From positions 2,304,001-2,368,000 of the forward strand of contig CAXXMD010000003.1 in NCBI GenBank assembly GCA_963675755.2: a stretch of DNA of 64,000 nucleotides. Reading direction: 5' to 3'. Made by a program: the position numbers and the translations under genes. This document shows, piece after piece, positions 40,867-48,761 of this stretch. The stretch comes from a bacterium. GTDB lineage: Bacteria > Zhuqueibacterota > Zhuqueibacteria > Residuimicrobiales > Krinioviventaceae. Each line of letters opens with the position of its first letter. Position 1 is the first letter of the stretch. The notes beneath the pieces were generated by a model. The model was given only the letters and a program-made list of their open reading frames with translations, did not search any database and had not been told where the DNA came from.

Positions 40867-42683
40867 AAAAGAGCAATAATCCAATTTCAAGAAGGTCTTT
40901 TATCACAAAATCGATTTATGGGACCGGTTTGGCTGCGATGAGTATAACAGCAAATCCATTTGTTAAAGCTGCGCATGCGCAAAACAAGCCCGAAACCATC
41001 AAGAAATTATTTGCAACCACAGATTATACGGACAATCTGTTTAATGAAAGCTTTATGGATTTGGAGCAACTGGACCAGTTTCACGAATGTCTGGCGTCTC
41101 TTGGTGTAACACGCCACCAATGGATTGTGGATACAATCTGGACGATTTATGACAACTATCCCCACGGCTTTGATCTGTTAGCTGAGGTTGTTAAATCTGC
41201 CCACAGGCATGGTATAGAATTGTATGGTGAGATCAAAACCTTTGAAGACGGCGGGTTTGGAGCGCTTTTACCACTCACCATGCCATTTCCCCAGGGAGCG
41301 GTTGCTTTAAAAGATATGCGGGGAATCGATCTTTTGGCGCGACCCTTTGCGGCCAGACATCCTGAAATGAGTATGAAGCGCAGGCCGGGTTCCGGAGATT
41401 TCAAACTCCCGATTAAAGCAATCCGGCTCGTCAAGAGGGACGATAGCCCCACACGTGTAAAGCCAGAACATTTATCAATCTGGACAAGCGCAACCAACAA
41501 CCGGTTTACAGAGTATACCGGTCCCGTTTCTTTTCGGGAATCGGTTGAATGGCGCAAGGGATTCCCAAAATGGAAGCAATGTAGGATTTTGCATTTTGAA
41601 GATCTGCAAATCCCGCAAGATCATCGTTATATTTTAATACGCAGTTCCCTGGCAGATAAAAAGGGTGATTTTACAAATGAAAAAGGGAAAATAATAGAGA
41701 TCATAGGCGCTGATGGAAAAATTATTCCCTATGGTCTCAGCAGAGGGCCGGCTGATCTTGATTATTATACCCGGGTCTTTTTCCAAAACAAAATGAGAAC
41801 ACAATTGATCCGCTATCTGCAATTGCCGGAAGTGCAAAAAGAAATAATCGATCCTGAAAAGATGAAATGGCATTTTCAGGATTTTTATCCCTTTGATGAA
41901 TTTTATAAAGTCACCAAGTCCTTGACGTTGGACCGGGAAGGATTTATTGCCGCTGCGTGTGGCAGGCCAGAGCATATGCTGGGGAATTTGAACCCCATAT
42001 ATCCCGAAGTTAGGGATCACTGGATGGAACTGGTTCATTTTTGTCTGGACAGGGGTGTGGATGGCATTAATTTTAGAATGGCGAACCATACACGCTCTCC
42101 GGAATATTGGGAGTATGGTTATAACGAACCTGTGCTCAAGGCAACAGGAGGAAAGCTTGATTACACAAGCATCAACAAAGTCAATGGTGATGCATATACA
42201 AAGTTCCTGCAAGACGCCAAAACCGTCATTAAAGCGAGGGGCAAGGGATTAACGCTCCACCTGCATGCCGGCATGTTATTCCCGGATGATCGTCAGGACA
42301 ACAAGAACAGTCTGCCTTCATTACCGCCCAATATCGAGTGGCAGTGGCAAAAGTGGGTGAATGAAATTGCCGATGATCTGGAATTCAGGGGGTCATTCAA
42401 GCTTCAACCCTGGAATTTACAAAAAGCCCTGGATATTTTTAGCGCTGTAACCCAAGCCGCCAATAAACCTTTTTACTTTCAAAGTGATTTTCACAGCTAT
42501 CCATCAGATGAAGGGAGAAAGCAGCTTAAACTGGAAGAGATTGAGCTTGTGAAAAAGTATCCGCGCATTGATGGATTTGTGCTTTACGAGACCGCCAATT
42601 TTACATACAAGGATGAAAACAACCGCATTGCTTTAAAACCCGATTTTATGGGCGAGATTATTAAAGAACATTATCAGAATTAA
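40863..42683 (+). CDS. Tat-exported TIM-barrel glycoside-hydrolase-like protein (paralog 3)
   Basis: ISRRSFI; same motifs; ATGA overlap with paralog 2. Confidence 0.6.
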   Translation: MKKSNNPISRRSFITKSIYGTGLAAMSITANPFVKAAHAQNKPETIKKLFATTDYTDNLFNESFMDLEQLDQFHECLASLGVTRHQWIVDTIWTIYDNYPHGFDLLAEVVKSAHRHGIELYGEIKTFEDGGFGALLPLTMPFPQGAVALKDMRGIDLLARPFAARHPEMSMKRRPGSGDFKLPIKAIRLVKRDDSPTRVKPEHLSIWTSATNNRFTEYTGPVSFRESVEWRKGFPKWKQCRILHFEDLQIPQDHRYILIRSSLADKKGDFTNEKGKIIEIIGADGKIIPYGLSRGPADLDYYTRVFFQNKMRTQLIRYLQLPEVQKEIIDPEKMKWHFQDFYPFDEFYKVTKSLTLDREGFIAAACGRPEHMLGNLNPIYPEVRDHWMELVHFCLDRGVDGINFRMANHTRSPEYWEYGYNEPVLKATGGKLDYTSINKVNGDAYTKFLQDAKTVIKARGKGLTLHLHAGMLFPDDRQDNKNSLPSLPPNIEWQWQKWVNEIADDLEFRGSFKLQPWNLQKALDIFSAVTQAANKPFYFQSDFHSYPSDEGRKQLKLEEIELVKKYPRIDGFVLYETANFTYKDENNRIALKPDFMGEIIKEHYQN

Positions 42684-42699
42684 ATTTTGTTCGTATTTA

Positions 42700-42774
42700 A
42701 TTTAACGCAGAGACCGCAGTGACGCAGAGGGGAAATGATTTATGTCTCAGCGACCTCCTCGCGCTCTGTATTAA
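42700..42774. repeat. CGCAGAG-type periodic palindromic element
   Basis: ATTTAA-CGCAGAG-AC-CGCAGTG-A-CGCAGAG, spacer, CTCAGCG-AC-CTCCTCG-CG-CTCTGTA-TTAA. Confidence 0.78.
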
Positions 42775-42789
42775 TGTTGGAGAAAAACA

Positions 42790-42818
42790 GCCCACGAACC
42801 ACACGAAAAAGCACGAAA
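42790..42818 (+). repeat. CACGAA-type periodic repeat (copy 2)
   Basis: GCCCACGAACCACACGAAAAAGCACGAAA. Confidence 0.8.
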
Positions 42819-42865
42819 GGAATGACCTTGCCGTAATTTGAAAAATTTACTAAAAAGAGGGTGAA

Positions 42866-43489
42866 ATGAGCATCTATTTATACGTTTTAAACACACTGGC
42901 TGATTGGGAAATCGCCTATTTGACATCTGAAGTATATTCGAAACGATATTGTAAGCAAGATGTTTCTTGCGAGATTACCAAAGTCGGATCAGAGAAAAAA
43001 GCAATAACGACCATGGGAGGAATCAGGATTGTTCCCGATATTACACTCGAAGAAATGAATTTGAAAAATGATGATATTTTAATCCTTCCCGGAGGAGATA
43101 CCTGGTTCAATGCTGAAAATGAAAAGGTGTTAAATATCGCAAAGGAAAGAATTGATAAGGATTATCCTGTTGCGGCAATATGCGGAGCAACCGCAGGTCT
43201 TGCCAATATAGGGGCGTTGGATAATAAAAAACATACCAGCAATGATAAAGAATATTTAAAATATGCCTGTAAAGCATACAAGGGAGAGGCGTTATTTCAA
43301 AATAGTCCGGCTGTTAATGATAAAAATTTAATTACTGCTTCCGGATTGAATCCCATAGAATTTACATATGAGATCCTAAAATTGTTGGATTTGTTCAATG
43401 AAAACACCCTGGAAGCCTGGAAAGGTTTGTATACAAAAAAAGAACCGATATACTTTTTTAAGCTGATGGAATCGTTACAGAATGGATAA
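42866..43489 (+). CDS. DJ-1/PfpI family (class I glutamine amidotransferase-like) protein
   Basis: LADWE, TTMGG, LILPGG, AAICGA, HTSN, LITASG. Confidence 0.88.
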   Translation: MSIYLYVLNTLADWEIAYLTSEVYSKRYCKQDVSCEITKVGSEKKAITTMGGIRIVPDITLEEMNLKNDDILILPGGDTWFNAENEKVLNIAKERIDKDYPVAAICGATAGLANIGALDNKKHTSNDKEYLKYACKAYKGEALFQNSPAVNDKNLITASGLNPIEFTYEILKLLDLFNENTLEAWKGLYTKKEPIYFFKLMESLQNG

Positions 43490-43515
43490 CAAGTTTTTGG
43501 CGTGATTTGATATCC

Positions 43516-43582
43516 AAACGCCGAGGATGCAGAGGCGCAGAGAAAAATAATTTATTCTCGGGACCTCTTTGTATTCTATTAA
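43516..43582. repeat. Degenerate CGCAGAG-type element
   Basis: AAA-CGCCGAG-GA-TGCAGAG-G-CGCAGAG with a decayed right arm (CTCGGGACCTCTTTG...). Confidence 0.6.
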
Positions 43583-43980
43583 AATAGAGTGTTCCTTCGG
43601 ATGAGAGTCGAGGAAGGTGGGTGTTTTGTTAAAAATATAAAAAAAAGTGTCTCCAGGAGCCAATCCGATTTATAAACAGAAATAATTTTTTTTAATTAGG
43701 TGTTAATAATTTTAGTAATGACTAGAATTAAGGTTTGAATCACTCCCATTCGCAATTCATAGTTTCTATTTCCCCTTTCGATTTACGCATTTGTCTTCTT
43801 GTTTCCTATTTCAATCGTTACTTGAAAATATGCATTTCTTTTCAGGTATTTTGTAGAATATTTTTATTCTCACAAAACACCACGAGTCAGATCTTTTTGA
43901 TTTAAAAGTATTTGGTCTGATTGTGCATTTGATTTGAAAAATATTATGAATGTTTGTAACACTCTATATATGAGGATCTT

Positions 43981-45570
43981 TTGAATATATTATTTGTAAC
44001 TGCAGAATATAAAGGCCTGGTTTCCATTGGCGGCTTGGCAGAGGTAGCCAGGGACTTGTCATCGGTGCTTTATCAACAAGGCCATGATATCCGAATTGTT
44101 ATGCCCTATTACGAATATATTCGGATACATCAGCTCTTTATTAACAAGCCTATACCGATTTGGCAGGGGCATCTCAAAGGTACAAAGTGGACATCTGCAG
44201 TTGTGTATGCTACAATGTATAATCATAAAAATGCACAAATCCCTTTGTTGCTCATACGAGGACATGACTGGTTTGAACAAGCAACTAATCTGAAACGGAT
44301 CTACGCAAACGAATCTGAACCTCAACCTTATTTCTTTTTTGCTGCCGCTGTACTTGAATTTTTACAAAGCGGACAGTATAATTGGCTTCCGGATATTATA
44401 CATTGTCATGATTATCATACTGGTCTTGTGCCCGTATATTTGAAAAATCGGTATCATGGTAGAATACGAAATGAACGTATTGGTACGGTTTTTACTATAC
44501 ACAATCTTGCTTTTCAGGGTATTTGTTCAAATGAGATTCTATCACAAGCGGGATTATCAGAATTCTTGGGGAAATATACTACCGGAATTGATTCAATGGA
44601 GTATTATGGTAAAATCAATTGTATGAAAGGAGCAATGGTATTCAGTGATATGATAACAACCGTGAGCAAAACCTATATGCGTGAAATTCAAACACCGGAA
44701 CAGGGGCATGGACTTGATGGCGTGTTGACTGCATTGTATCATAAAGGACGTTTGCATGGTATTGTGAACGCAATCGATTCAGATTTATTAAATCCGTCTA
44801 AACTACCCAGTGAGATTGCCTATTCAGCAAATGATTTAACAGGAAAAGCCAGGGCAAAAAAAGAACTTCAAATAAAGACAGGTTTAGAAGTGAGTTCTGA
44901 TCCCGTAATAGCAATCCGTTCCCGATGGGCGTATCAAAAAGGATTGGAATTACTGCTCATTGCCTTTCGCAATTACGAATTTTACAAAAAAGCGCAGTTT
45001 GTAATTGTTTCATGGCCGCCAGATAGTAGTGATCCCGAGTATTTGGGCCTGTGGTACGAGTTAAAAGGTTGGTCGCAAGAGTATCCCAAAAGGATTGCAG
45101 TACTGTCAAATAAAAAGATCAAAGTAGAATTGCATTACGCTGGTAGTGATATGCTGCTTATGCCTTCTTTGTTTGAACCCTGTGGTTTAACACAAATGGA
45201 GGCATTATGTTATGGCACAATCCCCATTGTACGATATACGGGTGGGCTTTGTGATACAATCAGCAGTAATGAAGGTTTTGCCTTTAAATGGGAATTCAAA
45301 GAACCATTGGATACATTTCAAAAAGTAAAAGGTGTCCGGGCAATGTTGTCAACTTTTAATAATGCTCTTGATGAATTTCAGCATCCCAAAAAATGGTCAC
45401 ATAAAGTTATCAATGCTTTAACCCATGAACATAATTGGTTGAATAGAGTTCCCAACTATGAATTATTGTATCATATGACCCTGGAAAAAATCGGCAAAAA
45501 TTTAGATAAACCAAAACAAAAAAGTGTCAAAAATTTGTATGAATTGGAATTAAGAGATAAAGTGTTCTAG
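43981..45570 (+). CDS. Divergent GT5 glycogen/starch synthase-like glycosyltransferase
   Basis: GGLAEV, HCHDYHTG, TIHNLAFQG, TVSKTY, QKG, MPSLFEPCGLTQM, TGGL. The canonical Lys of KxGGL is replaced by Ser. Confidence 0.85.
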   Translation: MNILFVTAEYKGLVSIGGLAEVARDLSSVLYQQGHDIRIVMPYYEYIRIHQLFINKPIPIWQGHLKGTKWTSAVVYATMYNHKNAQIPLLLIRGHDWFEQATNLKRIYANESEPQPYFFFAAAVLEFLQSGQYNWLPDIIHCHDYHTGLVPVYLKNRYHGRIRNERIGTVFTIHNLAFQGICSNEILSQAGLSEFLGKYTTGIDSMEYYGKINCMKGAMVFSDMITTVSKTYMREIQTPEQGHGLDGVLTALYHKGRLHGIVNAIDSDLLNPSKLPSEIAYSANDLTGKARAKKELQIKTGLEVSSDPVIAIRSRWAYQKGLELLLIAFRNYEFYKKAQFVIVSWPPDSSDPEYLGLWYELKGWSQEYPKRIAVLSNKKIKVELHYAGSDMLLMPSLFEPCGLTQMEALCYGTIPIVRYTGGLCDTISSNEGFAFKWEFKEPLDTFQKVKGVRAMLSTFNNALDEFQHPKKWSHKVINALTHEHNWLNRVPNYELLYHMTLEKIGKNLDKPKQKSVKNLYELELRDKVF

Positions 45571-45635
45571 TTTTTACAGTTGAACTAGTTATAATCGAAA
45601 GGTTTTTGATACATTTCCGGGTGGCGTACTTGTTA

Positions 45636-46043
45636 TTATGATATTTGAGGATTTGTTTGAGGCCATAATAATAACAATATCTTTTGCAACCCTACCGCCA
45701 ACACACACCCAATCCCGTAATAGAGAATATCCATTGCAACAAACTGAACGCCGATGAGTGTTCTGCCTAAAAAATGACTGCGGATGCTTTCCAAAAGGGG
45801 AGAGCTGAGCAGTTGTGTGAATTCGATTGCGGTGCAGAATGAGAAAATGACCAATGCGGCTATAAGGGGATTCATGCGCGGGAGAAAGAAGATGAACAGA
45901 AAATACCAGAACATGGGATAGAAAATGTCCCCCGCGTATGCGTGAACCCAATCCTGTAACGGGCCGGTATAGAATTTCGTCCCCAGCCCAATGGGGATGA
46001 GAAGAATGAGGATGATGAGATATTTTAAGCGTATGGAATTCAT
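45636..46043 (-). CDS. DUF2809-like membrane protein
   Basis: YAGDIFY, IEFTQL, LGRTLIG, DILYYGIG pattern. Confidence 0.7.
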   Translation of the reverse strand: MNSIRLKYLIILILLIPIGLGTKFYTGPLQDWVHAYAGDIFYPMFWYFLFIFFLPRMNPLIAALVIFSFCTAIEFTQLLSSPLLESIRSHFLGRTLIGVQFVAMDILYYGIGCVLAVGLQKILLLLWPQTNPQIS

Positions 46044-46134
46044 TGGATTTTCCCAGTCGACTCCCTGGCGTTTAGGAAGTGCCTTTCGGAAGCAGGAGAT
46101 ATTGTTTCCCGCTTCCGGGGCGATATTTTACATT

Positions 46135-47688
46135 TCACTTTTGTATAATAATGTGTGTTGTACCATTACGGTGGATTTCAAGGATGTATGATCCGTCTTG
46201 CGCCTTACTGAAACTCCAGTGTTTTGAATCCAGAGGTTTACCGTCGGCAATAACACGGGGCTTAAAGGTCAGTTTGATCTTTTCGTCTCCCTTGTTGTCA
46301 AAAGTCTTGTATTCAATTTTATTTTCAGCATATTCTACATCGGTAATCACAGATGTTGATTGCAGGATATGGTCTTTATCCGCAGGTGCCATTTCCGGCA
46401 TGGCTGCAATGCCGTCAAAAATATGAGACATGAAATCAAAATAGGAATCTGAAAACCAGGGCCTTACCCAGCCAATTCCTGTCCGGTTAACTGCAACATC
46501 GTCCCAAGAGTGTCGGGTAAATGTAGAATAGGTAGATATGGCAAATGATGCCCGGGCTTCTTCTTTGTATTCCTCATCTCCGCTAACCGCATACCACATT
46601 GCTGCAATAGATGCATACCTTGTTGTATGGCTGCTCATTTCATCAAAACAGACAACCTGTTCACGTATGCTGGTGGCTCCCCAGTGTTTGGTTTGACCGA
46701 AAAGTTTTTCAACCCAGCTTATCATTGCGGGAATATGGGTTTTCCAGTCAGAATCCATTTTAGGATTGCGCAGGATATAGCGGGCTGTTTCCATGGGGAT
46801 TTGCTGATTAAAATTTGAATGGTTGTTTGTTACATCTTCATAATAGCCTGACCATATATTATTCTGCATTGGGTATTTCATTATCCATTTCCAGACAATA
46901 TCTTTTTTTTGTTCGAATTCCTTTCTGGGGATATCGCAATCCATTTGCAGCAATTCATCAAACATGATTACAGCATAGATCATACTGGCGGTATATTCAT
47001 CAATAATTCTACCGGTACGCAGGTCAACCCGAAAGGGCAACGGTGATTTAAATTCTTCACCCTCTCGAACATAACGTGAAACAGTGTCTGCAATCTTGAC
47101 TGCCGCGTCAAGATATTTTTGCTCGCCTGTCAATTTGTAAAAATTGATATATCCGATGGATACCATACAAATTTTGTCGACTTCGGAAAACTGGTCGGTG
47201 TATTCGCCATCGGGACTGTTATCCTGGGTCCTCGGTACATTTGGCCATACCCAGTCAGCAGGTGTATGGTAATAGAGGACACGGTCCAAGAGTAATTGTA
47301 TTGCCGCAATAGCTTCTTTATCACCGGTATACGCATAATATTTTTTTAAGGTTTCTACGGCCCAATATACATTTCCACCCTGGTTGTTTTGGTTTTTGCC
47401 GGTTCTGCCATCTGCTTCCATGCTTGATGTAACCAGATACAGCGGATCATCTCCGTAAATGGTCCGGGTAGTGGGACATTTTTTAATATAATTCATACTG
47501 CCATTGAAAATATGATCAAAAGTAGTCCATGGTTGTATACGCCCTTGGTCATCCAGTACGAGTTTATGGTCCATTAACTCGTAAGCGTTTCTGGCTAATG
47601 CAGGTAGTTGCCAGAAAATCAAAATAATGATTAATGATATTTTTATTTTTATAAATTGTGTTGCTTTGGTTTCTTTCATGAAAAACAT
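46135..47688 (-). CDS. Secreted protein, probable (alpha/alpha)6-barrel glycoside-hydrolase-like fold
   Basis: Signal peptide; helical repeats YYAYTGDKEA, FYKLTGEQKYLDAA, WYAVSGDEEYKEEA. Family not assigned. Confidence 0.55.
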   Translation of the reverse strand: MFFMKETKATQFIKIKISLIIILIFWQLPALARNAYELMDHKLVLDDQGRIQPWTTFDHIFNGSMNYIKKCPTTRTIYGDDPLYLVTSSMEADGRTGKNQNNQGGNVYWAVETLKKYYAYTGDKEAIAAIQLLLDRVLYYHTPADWVWPNVPRTQDNSPDGEYTDQFSEVDKICMVSIGYINFYKLTGEQKYLDAAVKIADTVSRYVREGEEFKSPLPFRVDLRTGRIIDEYTASMIYAVIMFDELLQMDCDIPRKEFEQKKDIVWKWIMKYPMQNNIWSGYYEDVTNNHSNFNQQIPMETARYILRNPKMDSDWKTHIPAMISWVEKLFGQTKHWGATSIREQVVCFDEMSSHTTRYASIAAMWYAVSGDEEYKEEARASFAISTYSTFTRHSWDDVAVNRTGIGWVRPWFSDSYFDFMSHIFDGIAAMPEMAPADKDHILQSTSVITDVEYAENKIEYKTFDNKGDEKIKLTFKPRVIADGKPLDSKHWSFSKAQDGSYILEIHRNGTTHIIIQK

Positions 47689-47800
47689 TTAATTGCCCTC
47701 AAGTTTAGAATCTAATATATCATTGTATTTATTTGGGTTTTCGTGTCATCCGTATTCTGTGGAAAAGCAATTAAATTGTACATGAATATGGATATTATAT

Positions 47801-47825
47801 AAAAAAAGCGGCTGTGCGCCGCTTT
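47801..47825 (-). terminator. Rho-independent terminator of purC
   Basis: AAAGCGG-ctgtgcg-CCGCTTT hairpin with an A run on + (U run on -), immediately after the purC stop. Confidence 0.8.
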
Positions 47826-47827
47826 GA

Positions 47828-48625
47828 TTAAACCTCAAGGTCTTTGAATTGTTTCGTAATGTCGGCAATGACCTGGAATTTGGAACGGACGGTATCCAGC
47901 TCTCCACCCATGCGGTAAACGTCTTTATCCAGTCTACCCTTGGGGTCCAGTTCTGTCATGACGTTTTCCTGGTTGAAATTGGGATTCTCTTTGGCATAGG
48001 GCCACAGGCGGAACGAGCCACCGGACACTTCGTCGATCAGAAAAATATCGCCGTCAATGAGTCCGTATTCCAGCTTCATATCCATCAACTGAATGTTGAA
48101 TTTTGCAAAGGCTTTTTCAAGATGCAGGAACGCCACCTGGTTGAGCTCTACCATCTTTTTGTATTCCCAGCCGTCTTTTTTCGAAATGATGTAATGTACA
48201 TACTTTTCGTCCAGCAGCGGATCGTGCAGGGGATCGTCTTTATAGTGGAACTGGGTGATCACGGGATCGTACCAGGTGCCTTCAACGGCATTGCCCCAAT
48301 GCAGAATGGAACCCGTAGCTACGCGACGCGTTACAACCTCGAGATTGATCTTGAAATCGAGTTTTTTGACTTCAGAGACCATGTTTTCGGGACTGTTGAT
48401 ATAGTGGGTTTGCACGCCACAGCGGTTAAGGTATTCAAAAATGTCCTTGTTGGTCTGCCAGTCCAGTTGGGCCTTTCCTTCAATGACATCGTGCTTGACT
48501 CCATCTCCTGCTGTAATGTCGTCTTTGAATTTCATAAAAACGGTTTTGGGATTTTGCGGATTTTCATAAATGATCTTGGTTTTACCTTCAATGATCTTGT
48601 TGAGTGAATTAAAATCTATGGCCAT
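47828..48625 (-). CDS. purC: Phosphoribosylaminoimidazolesuccinocarboxamide (SAICAR) synthase
   Basis: EGKTKIIY, FKDDITAGDG, EVVTRRVATGS, YKDDPLHDP, DMKLEYG, LDKDVYR. Confidence 0.92.
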   Translation of the reverse strand: MAIDFNSLNKIIEGKTKIIYENPQNPKTVFMKFKDDITAGDGVKHDVIEGKAQLDWQTNKDIFEYLNRCGVQTHYINSPENMVSEVKKLDFKINLEVVTRRVATGSILHWGNAVEGTWYDPVITQFHYKDDPLHDPLLDEKYVHYIISKKDGWEYKKMVELNQVAFLHLEKAFAKFNIQLMDMKLEYGLIDGDIFLIDEVSGGSFRLWPYAKENPNFNQENVMTELDPKGRLDKDVYRMGGELDTVRSKFQVIADITKQFKDLEV

Positions 48626-48761
48626 GAATTGCCTCCTTGTACTTGCTGTTTGCTTTTTATAATGTATAATAACCTTGTAAATATTCCAAATATTTTATTA
48701 TATTTAAGATTGTACTAAAATTAAAATATAGCGCTTTATTAGACGAAATAATCCCCGGGAG

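Noticed and set aside
34800-43582. CRISPR array or bona fide integron
   Set aside because: The repeats are internally periodic and separated by whole genes, not 30-40 nt spacers. No cas or intI gene is present, the R' ends do not fit GTTRRRY well, and one interval holds four genes. Kept only as an unexplained repeat family.
43590-43980. Possible pseudogene remnant on the minus strand of the AT-rich gap
   Set aside because: Only short frames broken by stops, with no recognisable homology.
46050-46117. Hairpin CGGAAGC...GCTTCCG and adjacent TTCCCAG...CTGG as another REP family
   Set aside because: Single degenerate copy in the window; it may simply be a terminator between co-directional genes.
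47849-48607. 252-aa ORF antisense to purC
   Set aside because: It mirrors the purC frame, which codon bias can keep free of stops, and has no recognisable motifs.
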